Positions 1 to 8,357 of a stretch of 32,042 bases of DNA are shown piece after piece. The first letter of the stretch is position 1. The number at the start of each line of letters is the position of its first letter. Position numbers and translations under genes: made by a program. Location: the NCBI GenBank assembly GCA_903822115.1, contig CAIJNU010000060.1, positions 1 through 32,042 of the forward strand. The letters are read 5' to 3'. Source of the stretch: an uncultured Candidatus Peregrinibacteria bacterium (lineage in GTDB: Bacteria > Patescibacteriota > Gracilibacteria > Peribacterales > Peribacteraceae). Under the pieces are notes generated by a model. The model was not told the origin of the DNA. It worked only from the letters and a program-made list of their open reading frames with translations, and ran no database searches.

Positions 1-321
1 CTGATCTAACACTACAAGCTGCCTGTTCACATCATGCATAAATGAGTGGTCAGAATCATATAGAAGAGCTTCCTGATAACTGAGAGGCAAATTGATGTCC
101 GTCTGCTTGAGATCCAAACCTTCCAGATACAGAAATGCTGACCTAATTTCTTTTAGTTCTTTATCCGTTGAGTGATTCAATTTCTTCCATCCATGCTTTT
201 TACGTAAAACAGAAACTGCTTTGAGAAAATCTTTCCGGTTCACGATGCAGCCAACCACATAGGCCGTTGAGGGGTCATAATGTTCAAAATCCGCATCGGT
301 GAAGGTGAGAGGATCTTTCAT
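1..321 (-). CDS. hypothetical protein, partial (runs off left edge; N-terminal 107 codons visible)
   Basis: Minus-strand ATG at 321-319, with the frame open to position 1 (MKDPLTFTDADFEHYDPSTAYVVGCIVNRKDFLKAVSVLRKKHGW...). It is absent from the ORF track because no stop lies inside the window. About 40% GC. No domain recognised. Confidence 0.4.
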   Translation of the reverse strand, partial: MKDPLTFTDADFEHYDPSTAYVVGCIVNRKDFLKAVSVLRKKHGWKKLNHSTDKELKEIRSAFLYLEGLDLKQTDINLPLSYQEALLYDSDHSFMHDVNRQLVVLDQ

Positions 322-326
322 AGTTC

Positions 327-376
327 ACTACGTCACTCTTCCATATTCTAGCCTACGGATGAATTTCTGACGTAGT
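327..376. repeat. perfect 9-bp inverted repeat with 32-bp spacer, directly downstream of the recombinase gene
   Basis: ACTACGTCA (327-335) and its exact reverse complement TGACGTAGT (368-376). The spacer holds a minus-strand TAGAAT (345-350). TAGTTCA also occurs as a direct repeat at 321-327 and 373-379. Confidence 0.5.
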
Positions 377-2176
377 TCAAACCGCGATAGCAAAGTCATT
401 ACGCTGGAAACGGGTCATTTCCCTAATTGAAGCCATTTCCACTTCCATCACCACCACATAGTGAGTTTGAGGACGTGTGTTACCACATGTGTCACCAGAG
501 TGCATAACACTCTTGGTGACTTTATTATGTCTGGGGATCAAAAGCTCAATTCTGACGCGTTCGGGGAAGATTTCGATGCGCATTACGAGTTCTTGGACGA
601 TCCGCCGCTTAGTATCAAAGTCATCGAGTTTTTGAAGTTCCTTGGCATATCGCTTGGCAATTTCCTCTGCCGACATCAGCCGGTCTTTCTTTTCGTCCTC
701 GTCCATTAGTTCACTGCAAATACGATCTCGATCAGAGGTGATCTTCGCCTTCGTATCTTCGATCTCTTTGCCCTTTGCCTCAATCTCGCCATCCTTCTGA
801 TACTTCAGCCCCTTTTCGTAGAGATTGCATGCTCTGACGTATTCTTGATCGAATTCTTCCAGCAATGCGTCACAGGCATCGCGCTCGGCGGTGAGCTTGG
901 GTATGTCGAGTGTTTTTTGCTGCTCTGCCTGTACGCGCTCAATGAACGACTTCGGATCGGCAAGCAGACTTTCTATTTCGCTCCACACCTTCGCTTCCAG
1001 CACTTGCCCAGAAATCTGCCGATTGTTGCATCGTTCCAATGATTTATCAGCTGTTCTCTTGCATCGATAATTGCAATACTCACCGGCCAGAGTTTTTTTC
1101 CCTTTCACCTGCTTCCACTTCGGTTGTATGTAGCCCCCATAGGCAGATTTGCAATCCTGCCGACCGCAATGCACTTTGCCCGACAGAAGATACTCATGCT
1201 TCACGTTGCGCGGTTCACTAACGCTCTGGGCAAGGATTTCTTGGGCTTTCTCCCAAAGTGATCTGTTGATGATTTGAGAGCAGCGTATTGGTCTCCACAG
1301 CTCACGTGGGTTCGCAACATCCTTCTTCTTTTTCGTCTTGGGATCGCGCTTCGTGGTGCGCTTGTTGAAGTAGTATGTACCAGTATAAGCCTCTTGTCGG
1401 AGAATGCGTGTGATCGTTTTCACATGCCAGAAATTAGGGGGGTTCTTTTTACGGAAGCTTTGCATATCAGCCTTTTTCTTTTTGAGTTCTTCAAATTTTT
1501 TATCAGCCTTAGTCGCAATCTTCATACCATTGAGACGCTGTTGGACTTCATAGGCGGTCATCCTGCGTTTTACGTACCAGTTGAAAATCTTTTTCACGAT
1601 CTCCTCCTCTTCGGGATTCACCGACATCTTCTGCGTTGTAGGGTCAACATCGTAGCCATAGGGCGGATACTTCCCCCCTACCCACTTACCAGCCTCTGCC
1701 GCGGCCTCTCGTCCCGATGCGGTACGTTCTAAAATCAGATCACGCTCCATTTCGGCAATAATGCCGAGCAGCCCAAGCATGAATCTCCCCATGTTTGTTG
1801 TGGTGTTGATTTCCGTCTGGGTGGTTGCGATGAAACCTACACCCATTTCAGTGAGATGCTCGATAGCATTCAACAGCAAACGTGTCTTGCGAAAAAAACG
1901 ATCGAGCTTCCAGACCATCACAATGTCGATGTCATTGCGCTTTACTGCATCAAAAAGTCTGGGCAGGGCTTCCCGCTCATCGATCTCTGAAGCGCCCGAA
2001 TACCCAAGATCCTTGTAGGTGTGTTTCGGCTCGAACTGATATTCATCACTGTGCGCTTCGAGCCATTTGAGCATCTGCGACTCCTGCACTTTGTCACCGT
2101 ACTTCTCTGCCTGTTCGTCGCTACTCACGCGAATGTACAAGCCGACTCGTTTTTTGTGCTTCATTACTTCTTTCAT
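377..2176 (-). CDS. large serine recombinase (resolvase/invertase catalytic domain + recombinase domain + zinc ribbon + coiled coil)
   Basis: N-terminus VGLYIRVSSDEQ carries the catalytic Ser motif. IVMVWKLDRFFR matches the resolvase core. A Cys-rich zinc-ribbon-like segment (CGRQDC...CNYRCK) is followed by a long charged coiled-coil tail. At 599 aa this is the large serine recombinase architecture. TAGAAT (2184-2189, minus) lies 7 nt upstream of the ATG. Confidence 0.9.
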   Translation of the reverse strand: MKEVMKHKKRVGLYIRVSSDEQAEKYGDKVQESQMLKWLEAHSDEYQFEPKHTYKDLGYSGASEIDEREALPRLFDAVKRNDIDIVMVWKLDRFFRKTRLLLNAIEHLTEMGVGFIATTQTEINTTTNMGRFMLGLLGIIAEMERDLILERTASGREAAAEAGKWVGGKYPPYGYDVDPTTQKMSVNPEEEEIVKKIFNWYVKRRMTAYEVQQRLNGMKIATKADKKFEELKKKKADMQSFRKKNPPNFWHVKTITRILRQEAYTGTYYFNKRTTKRDPKTKKKKDVANPRELWRPIRCSQIINRSLWEKAQEILAQSVSEPRNVKHEYLLSGKVHCGRQDCKSAYGGYIQPKWKQVKGKKTLAGEYCNYRCKRTADKSLERCNNRQISGQVLEAKVWSEIESLLADPKSFIERVQAEQQKTLDIPKLTAERDACDALLEEFDQEYVRACNLYEKGLKYQKDGEIEAKGKEIEDTKAKITSDRDRICSELMDEDEKKDRLMSAEEIAKRYAKELQKLDDFDTKRRIVQELVMRIEIFPERVRIELLIPRHNKVTKSVMHSGDTCGNTRPQTHYVVVMEVEMASIREMTRFQRNDFAIAV

Positions 2177-2227
2177 TAAAGAAATTCTATAGCCTTTTTG
2201 GCTTGAAATACACCAATTTTTGGCTGC

Positions 2228-2569
2228 TCAACTTCCCTGGCTCTTTAGCAAAGCAGGCTCAAACATCAGAACGAAAGATTTTCTTACGCTCTTCGGACAA
2301 TGTTCGACACCTTTCGGGACCATTCCGATCTCGCCCGCTTTCAGAATCAGATTGGGCTGATCTTTTAGTTGAATAGTGATTTCGCCTTTGTAGACAAAGA
2401 AAAGCTCGTCCTCGTTCTCATGTACATGCCAGTGATATTCACCTTCGAACATTGCCATGCGCACGACTTGATCGTTCACCCGCGCCAATTCAATAGGTGA
2501 CCACGGCACAGTGATCTTTTTTGCTGCCTCTTCGAGATTGGTGGGGAGAAATTGCATAATATTTCTCAA
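2228..2569 (-). CDS. cupin domain protein
   Basis: Two-motif cupin signature GEYHWHVHENEDELFFVYKGE ... GEIGMVPKGVEHCP. The start overlaps the upstream stop (ATGA at 2566-2569), which implies translational coupling. Confidence 0.75.
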   Translation of the reverse strand: MRNIMQFLPTNLEEAAKKITVPWSPIELARVNDQVVRMAMFEGEYHWHVHENEDELFFVYKGEITIQLKDQPNLILKAGEIGMVPKGVEHCPKSVRKSFVLMFEPALLKSQGS

Positions 2570-3261
2570 AGTTCGAATGTAGGTTGCTCTTTATCCAAGA
2601 TTGCAATGCGCGTTTGAGCTTTGCAATATTGCTGAACAAGCTGCGCAAGCTCTTCAAGGATCGACTGCAATTTCTCTTTCGTTAAAGGCGGAAAACCCTC
2701 TACGACGATGATGGCATTCTTTGAGTTGTTCGTGATCTTGGTGCGATCACCTTCCCTCCAATTCAACTTGCGACAAATCACACCCTTATCATCTTTATAC
2801 ACCAGCTCGCCCTTTACCGGAGGATCTTCAGCTGCTTCGCCAAGAGGTAGGAACTGCTCTGTACCTTCTGCGTATGCAAGCCGCACGTCGCCTTCACAGA
2901 GGTCCGTATCCTCTGCACCTGCGCACACCACATAGCGAAGAGAAATGACGTTATACAGGTCTACAAGCGGGTTGATACTTGGTAGCTGGCCTCCCTTCAC
3001 AACGCGTTTGATGAGTGCCTGTGCAGAGGGTGGGAACTTATTCGGGTTATTGCCGAAGCTGCGATGGATTTCATGCATCACTTGAAGATGCGGATGGTCT
3101 TTGAAGGTTTCGAGGGTGGTAGATTTTCGAACTTCTTCCTCCTGCGCTCGCAGCAGGGCAGCTGTCTGCTGCCCTGTATTATCTACATTGGTCGCAACAA
3201 TGACACCAATGGCCATGTCGCGGTGATCTGCCAATACTTTGGGATCAATCAGAAAGTGCAT
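2566..3261 (-). CDS. standalone B3/4 domain protein (PheRS beta-subunit editing-domain-like)
   Basis: LRYVVCAGAEDTD...RLAYAEGTEQFLPLGE...GELVYKDDKGVICRKLNWREGDRTKIT...AIIVVEG resembles B3/4-domain proteins. The ORF opens at 3270. I prefer the ATG at 3261 (MHFLIDPK...) because a minus-strand TACAAT (3269-3274) lies 7 nt upstream. Confidence 0.65.
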   Translation of the reverse strand: MHFLIDPKVLADHRDMAIGVIVATNVDNTGQQTAALLRAQEEEVRKSTTLETFKDHPHLQVMHEIHRSFGNNPNKFPPSAQALIKRVVKGGQLPSINPLVDLYNVISLRYVVCAGAEDTDLCEGDVRLAYAEGTEQFLPLGEAAEDPPVKGELVYKDDKGVICRKLNWREGDRTKITNNSKNAIIVVEGFPPLTKEKLQSILEELAQLVQQYCKAQTRIAILDKEQPTFEL

Positions 3262-3308
3262 ATTTGGCATTGTATAGAAAGGAATGAGTTAAAAGAATGG
3301 GATGAAAT

Positions 3309-3926
3309 TCATTTTTTGGAATGCATGAATTCCACTCGCTCACAGATTCTTCTCGAAAATCTTCCCCATCGAACTAAAGGCTCGGTTCGCAGTATTTCAA
3401 TAATGAATGGCATCGGCATGCCAGCTTGCTTCAACGATTCAACAGCATCAAAAGCTTGTTCAAGTAGATGTTCATATTCGGGTCCAAATATGCGATCAAC
3501 CTTTTCTAGGAGAGAAGGTACCCCATGCAGGGATGACGTATACAATTTCCGAAGATCGGAAATGTAATCGTACAACCCTCCATCAGCCTCTTTTTTTTGT
3601 AATATCGGTTCAATCTCTGTTCGACCAGCATGCCTATAGTAGGCAAGAATTTCGTCCTTTAGGTTCCGATCTGCATCGCCCTGTCGGCGCGCGCGAACAT
3701 TTCTTATGATGCCATCGACAAGTTCCTCATCTGATACTTCCGGGGTGGACTCTGATGGCTCCCAAAGGAAATTCATCGGAGCATGGTTGAAAAATTTCTG
3801 TTGAACGTGCTCTTCCTCGTGTGCGTATATCTTCACCTGTTCCCAAGCAAACGGAAGCTGCATGGCATTTTTTTCTACAGTTACCGCATTCTGCAATGCA
3901 GAGGGCAAACGATTATTATTACTCAC
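3309..3926 (-). CDS. hypothetical protein (start uncertain)
   Basis: The ORF is open to 4049, but its first ~40 codons are Arg-rich antisense of the neighbouring Ig/MBG remnant. Candidate starts are GTG 3926 (AGGAGGA at 3936-3942, minus) and ATG 3863. No domain recognised. Lower GC than the backbone. Confidence 0.4.
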   Translation of the reverse strand: MSNNNRLPSALQNAVTVEKNAMQLPFAWEQVKIYAHEEEHVQQKFFNHAPMNFLWEPSESTPEVSDEELVDGIIRNVRARRQGDADRNLKDEILAYYRHAGRTEIEPILQKKEADGGLYDYISDLRKLYTSSLHGVPSLLEKVDRIFGPEYEHLLEQAFDAVESLKQAGMPMPFIIEILRTEPLVRWGRFSRRICERVEFMHSKK

Positions 3927-3986
3927 TATTGCAAATCCTCCTGATCGCCCAGAGCGAAGGCGTTCTTTTTCTGATAGTTCCTGTGA

Positions 3987-4643
3987 AGCCTGGGCACGGC
4001 TACCGTCTCTCACGGAAGCGGTATGTCGGTCGTCTCGACGCTGATGCATGCTGGAACGTACAGCATGACTGCGATATACGGAGGAGATAACAACTACGCC
4101 ACGGCGACATCCGCTGCACAGAGTTTGACAGTAAATAAGTATGCACTCACGGTCTCAGCGATAAGCCAATCGAAAATCCACAACGACGGCGATCCAAACT
4201 TCACCTACCAGATCACGAGTGGCACTCTTGTGGGAAGCGATACCCTCACAGGCACCCCAACGCGAACGAGCGGTGAAGATGATGGGGCCTATGACATCAC
4301 GCAGGGGTCAGTGAGTGCCAGCAATGATTACACTCTCACCTTCGTGAATGGGACATTGACCATCAAGACTCTGGCGGGGGGAAGTGGTAGTGGCGGAGGT
4401 GGAGGCGGTGGAGGAGGCGGAGGAAGAAGTAGTTATACCCCTCCCATATCATCCCCATCAGTGACCTCGCCTCCCCCGAGCGGCGGTACTGTGAACGCCC
4501 ACCAAGAGACGCTGGTCCAGAGAATCGGAAGGCGACTTGCACATGCACCTGATGCGGTCATTGAGCGATTCTCAAGGACCCTCGCCCGCCGCCTGCACAC
4601 GGACGCTGCGACCATCAAAGGTCTGCTGATGAGCGGCAGGTAA
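3987..4643 (+). pseudogene. 5'-truncated surface protein remnant: partial Ig-like repeat + MBG-type domain + poly-Gly linker + C-terminal tail
   Basis: The frame opens only at 3987, after the in-frame TGA at 3984-3986, with no signal peptide. It begins mid-repeat: GTATVS...AGTYSMTAIYGGDNNYATATSAAQSLTV matches the Ig-repeat consensus seen in the 23968-25227 protein. YALTVSAISQSKIHNDGDPNFTYQITSGTLVGSDTLTGTPTRTSGEDDGAYDITQG...YTLTFVNGTLTI then matches the MBG-domain pattern. The first ATG is at 4023. Confidence 0.6.
4377..4424 (+). repeat. GGN/AGT simple-sequence tract encoding GGSGSGGGGGGGGGGG
   Basis: Eleven consecutive Gly codons at 4392-4424, preceded by GGSGS, read directly from the sequence. 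Confidence 0.8.
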
Positions 4644-4660
4644 AATCAGAATTTGAGTAT

Positions 4661-4691
4661 AAAAAGCCCCTCTCCTCGAGGGGCTTTTTTG
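4661..4691 (+). terminator. rho-independent terminator
   Basis: AAAAAGCCCCTC-TCCTC-GAGGGGCTTTTTTG: an 8-bp GC-rich stem, a 5-nt loop and a T6 tract, 18 nt after the TAA at 4641-4643. Confidence 0.8.
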
Positions 4692-4769
4692 CTCTCATTA
4701 CTCTCGAAATGAATGTTCTCAAGAAAGAAAACGGAGGTCGTGATCACCAAAATCCCCTATACTCCTCCC

Positions 4770-5492
4770 ATGACGAAGTCAGTCTTAGTCTGTCTGCATG
4801 GATGGGGTGGATCCGGGGAGTCCTTCACCGAATTACACCAGGCTCTCGCAGGTAGCGGCATCGAAATCCTGACGCCGGACCTCCCGGGGTTCGGCGCTGA
4901 ACCTGAGCCTGCGAAGCCATGGTGCGTGGATGATTATGCTAAGTGGGTCGAAGCCTGGGTGAAGGAACACGCCGCCGATTCCCCGATCCAACTTCTCGGC
5001 CACTCGCACGGCGGAAGAGTCGCGATCAAGATCGCCGTGAACGGCAATCTGAAGATCGATCACCTCTACCTCTGCGCCGCCGCCGGTATTCCCCATCGAC
5101 GTAGGATGAGGAGAGCAGTAGGTTTTTTTCTCGCAAAGATCGGACGATTCCTCCTTTCTCCGTTCGGCTCCACATTCGCCGCCGGGGGGAAGAAGCTCCT
5201 CTACAAACTCTTCCGCGTACACGACTTCGAGAATGCCTCCGTCGTCATGCGGGAAACGATGATCAAGGTTTCCGGGGAAGATCTCCGACCGATCCTGCAT
5301 GACATCAACGTTCCCACGGACATCTTCTGGGGCACGGAAGACACCATGACGCCAGTTGCCGATGCAAAAGTAATGCACGAGGCCATCGAAGGCAGCGTGC
5401 TCCATCTCTATCCCGGGGTGCGGCATCGCGTCCACAGGGATCGCACGCGGGAAATCGCGGCCATTATTATCGAACGCAGCCGAATTTCGTGA
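4770..5492 (+). CDS. alpha/beta hydrolase fold protein
   Basis: VLVCLHGWGGSGESF (oxyanion region), the nucleophile elbow LLGHSHGGRVA (GHSxG) and a C-terminal HxxH region. The ORF opens at 4713. I prefer the ATG at 4770 (MTKSVLVCLHGWGG) because TATACT (4758-4763) lies 6 nt upstream. Confidence 0.8.
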   Translation: MTKSVLVCLHGWGGSGESFTELHQALAGSGIEILTPDLPGFGAEPEPAKPWCVDDYAKWVEAWVKEHAADSPIQLLGHSHGGRVAIKIAVNGNLKIDHLYLCAAAGIPHRRRMRRAVGFFLAKIGRFLLSPFGSTFAAGGKKLLYKLFRVHDFENASVVMRETMIKVSGEDLRPILHDINVPTDIFWGTEDTMTPVADAKVMHEAIEGSVLHLYPGVRHRVHRDRTREIAAIIIERSRIS

Positions 5493-7081
5493 GAGAACCG
5501 ACTGTCCTTGGACTCCTCGGGATCCTCGAAATCCTCTATGCTGTGCCCATCTCCACGAGAATAATCCTCATCGGCCTCTCTCTCCTCGCGTCCCTGTCAC
5601 CTCTCTGCACCTTCGCGTCGTTTTGGCAGATAAAAGAGTGGCGCTGGGACCGCCTGAGAGAGCACGTGAAGCGCGAGGGGATCGTCGTCCTCTTCTCCCT
5701 CTCCCGACTCGCCTTGCTCGCCACAGCCGTTGTCTTTGTTGCGGCGCAAATCACCACTTCGCTCAATGCACTCGTCGCACTTCTGTCACTTCTGACGATT
5801 ATCGGGATTGTCCAGGTATCGATGCGCAGACAACCCTTTCCCGTATGGACTTCCAAAGCGATGGTCCTGACAGGCGTCGCCATTGTCGCCGACTTCCTCC
5901 TGGCCATCATCCTCGCACCTTCGGCCGCGAAACTCTCTCTCGGTCTTCTTCCGTTTCTGCAGTTTCTGATCCTTGCGACGGCCTGGTCACTGTTCTATCC
6001 ACTCGACCGATACTTGAAAGCGAAGACAATCCGGCAGGCAACGTCGCTGCGCGTAAAGTTCCCGCACCTGCGTGTCATCGGAGTGACGGGAAGCGTGGGA
6101 AAGACCACGACGAAGGAGCTCCTCGCACACATTCTCGGCGATCTCCACCCTCTCTCGACCCCGGCTCATGTGAATTCGGAGCTGGGAGTGGCGCGGTGGC
6201 TGCTCTCTATTCTTTCGAAAACGCAGCACGATTCTTCGCAACCGGTCATTGTCGAGATGGGAGCCTACCGAAGCGGAGAAATCGCGACGCTCAGCCGAAT
6301 GGCTCAACCTATCTACGGCGTCATCACCTTTATCGGTTCACAGCATCTGGCGCTATTCGGCTCGAGGGAGGCGCTCATCGCAGCCAAGGGAGAACTCCTG
6401 GAATCGCTGCCGGTGTCGGGAAAGGCCTTCATCAACGGGGACAGTGATGCGAGCCTGCAGACACGCCATCTCTGCGTGTGCCCCGTGGTCGTTGTGGGAA
6501 CCGGAGAACGAGCGGATGACATTGCGACGGAGATCGAAGAGATGAGGAATGGATTGAAGTTCAAATTCGGCCAGACGATGTTCACCGTCCCCCTCCACGG
6601 CACGCACAATGTCGCGAACGTGCTCCTCGCCATCGAAGTCGCAAAGGAGCTGGGACTGCGCGAGGAGCGCATTGCGGAGAAACTGAAGACATTCGCCCCC
6701 CTCCACCAGACATTCGAGGTTCGAGAGGAGAGGGGCATCACCATTCTCGACGACACGCACAACTCCAGCGCCGCGAGCTTCCAGGCTGCGATCACGTGGG
6801 CCGACGCACAACCCTTCGAGCGGAAGGTGCTTCTCTCAAGCGGCATCATCGAGCTCGGTGAAGAGAGTGCACGAACGCACCGGGAGCTGGGATCGCTTGC
6901 TTCAGACGTATTCGATGCCGCGTTCTTCCTCGATCGCAAGAGTGCAGAGCTCTTCCGTGCGGGATTTGAGAAGAGCGTAAGTATGCTCACCAAAGACGCA
7001 CCCACCCTTTCGACTTCGACACTTCTCGTCTGCGTCGGAAGAATACCGCCTGAGAGCATTCGCATTTTGTTACCGAAGTAA
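5489..7081 (+). CDS. MurF-like Mur-family ligase with N-terminal polytopic membrane domain
   Basis: Residues 1 to ~185 form about 6 hydrophobic helices. After them come the Mur-ligase P-loop VIGVTGSVGKTTTKELLAHIL, the central domain, and a C-terminal LDDTHNSSAASFQAAITWA (compare MurF DDxYNANPxS). The GTG start overlaps the upstream stop (GTGA at 5489-5492). Confidence 0.75.
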   Translation: MREPTVLGLLGILEILYAVPISTRIILIGLSLLASLSPLCTFASFWQIKEWRWDRLREHVKREGIVVLFSLSRLALLATAVVFVAAQITTSLNALVALLSLLTIIGIVQVSMRRQPFPVWTSKAMVLTGVAIVADFLLAIILAPSAAKLSLGLLPFLQFLILATAWSLFYPLDRYLKAKTIRQATSLRVKFPHLRVIGVTGSVGKTTTKELLAHILGDLHPLSTPAHVNSELGVARWLLSILSKTQHDSSQPVIVEMGAYRSGEIATLSRMAQPIYGVITFIGSQHLALFGSREALIAAKGELLESLPVSGKAFINGDSDASLQTRHLCVCPVVVVGTGERADDIATEIEEMRNGLKFKFGQTMFTVPLHGTHNVANVLLAIEVAKELGLREERIAEKLKTFAPLHQTFEVREERGITILDDTHNSSAASFQAAITWADAQPFERKVLLSSGIIELGEESARTHRELGSLASDVFDAAFFLDRKSAELFRAGFEKSVSMLTKDAPTLSTSTLLVCVGRIPPESIRILLPK

Positions 7082-7112
7082 AGTCGCTTACTTTTTCACC
7101 TACACTCTGTTC

Positions 7113-8348
7113 GTGTCACGCGTCATCCATCACTCATTCGGCCCTCTCGCAGATGCTGACCAGCAACGCTTGGCGTGGCATCTTATCCTAAACCCCCACA
7201 TGCTGAAGACGGAGCACGCACGCGAAGAATTGCGCTCATCGCTCGCCACAAGCGGGAAAGGCGACGCCTCTCTCTTCGCCTCCGGCAGAGAAGGCCTCCT
7301 CGCACTGCTTCGCGCATGCGAATTTCCCACGGGATCCGAAGTGATCGTCCAAGCGTACACATGTGTCGTGGTTCCCAACGCCATCCACGCCGCGAAACTC
7401 ACGACGATCTACGCGGACATTGAAAAAGAGACGCTCAATATCGACCCTTCATCTCTCGAATCCATCATCACTCCTCGCACGAAAGCTGTCATCTGCCAGC
7501 ACACCTTCGGCATTCCCGCAGATGTCCAGAAAATTCGAGAAATTTGCGACAAGAATGGGCTGATGTTGATCGAAGATTGCGCGCACGTTCTCCCCGATGC
7601 ACTTGGCCCCGAGGAAATCATGAGTCTCGGCGATGCCATGCTCTTGAGTTTCGGAAGGGACAAAGCCATCTCGGGCGTCAGCGGCGGAGCGATCATCTGC
7701 CGCAAAGAAACAGTCTCCCATCGACTGCAGAAACTGGAGAAATCCGCCATTCCCCTGCCCCCGAGCACTATTCGCCGCCTCCTCCTCTACCCCATCTTCT
7801 ATGGACTCGCGCGACCGCTGATGGGATTGGGCCTCGGGAAAGCGCTCCTCACACTCCTGCGACAATTGCGCTTGCTTGTACCCATTGTCACAGCACAGGA
7901 GAAAGAAGGTCGGCAGGATGCGACACTCCATCAGATGCCGGAGGCATGTGCGATATTGGCACTCCAGCAATGGAAGAAGCTGCAGAAGATCAACGATCAT
8001 CGACGATCCCTCACACGATACTATCTAGAGGCTTCGGCGCAGATAGGTTGGCCGGTGCTCCACGGTGTTCGCTCCGATCTCCCGTTGCAGAAGTACCCGA
8101 TGTTCGTGCGTGATGCAGAGGGGATCAGGCGCGCACTCAAGAAGAAGAACATTCACCTCCATGACGGCTGGACGGGTTGCGTCGTCTGTCCCGCGTCCGC
8201 AGATCAGGGAAAAACAGGATACTGTGAGGGAAACGACAGAAATGCCGAAGAGGTCGCCGAGGAGATCCTCTCTCTTCCCACACATCCGGGAATGACGGAA
8301 GAGGATACGAAGAGGCTTGTGAGTGCCCTGACGCCGTTTCTTCGGTAG
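7113..8348 (+). CDS. DegT/DnrJ/EryC1/StrS-family PLP-dependent aminotransferase
   Basis: FASGREGLLALLRA...GSEVIVQAYTCVVVPNAI...AVICQHTFGIPADV...LIEDCAHVL...SFGRDKAISGVSGGAI contains the PLP-Lys motif. GTG start, with TACACT (7101-7106) 6 nt upstream. Confidence 0.85.
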   Translation: MSRVIHHSFGPLADADQQRLAWHLILNPHMLKTEHAREELRSSLATSGKGDASLFASGREGLLALLRACEFPTGSEVIVQAYTCVVVPNAIHAAKLTTIYADIEKETLNIDPSSLESIITPRTKAVICQHTFGIPADVQKIREICDKNGLMLIEDCAHVLPDALGPEEIMSLGDAMLLSFGRDKAISGVSGGAIICRKETVSHRLQKLEKSAIPLPPSTIRRLLLYPIFYGLARPLMGLGLGKALLTLLRQLRLLVPIVTAQEKEGRQDATLHQMPEACAILALQQWKKLQKINDHRRSLTRYYLEASAQIGWPVLHGVRSDLPLQKYPMFVRDAEGIRRALKKKNIHLHDGWTGCVVCPASADQGKTGYCEGNDRNAEEVAEEILSLPTHPGMTEEDTKRLVSALTPFLR

Positions 8349-8357
8349 CATAGCAAC

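Noticed and set aside
4377-4424. The poly-Gly GGN tract as a phase-variation switch.
   Set aside because: The codons are mixed (GGC, GGA, GGT) rather than a homopolymer or a perfect short tandem repeat. The gene is already truncated, so a switch role is unsupported.
6313-7065. 250-aa antisense ORF inside the MurF-like gene. The same applies to 5623-6447, 6353-6811 and similar ORFs.
   Set aside because: It is Arg/Ser/Ala-rich, as expected for shadow frames in GC-rich coding DNA. The opposite strand carries clear Mur-ligase motifs.
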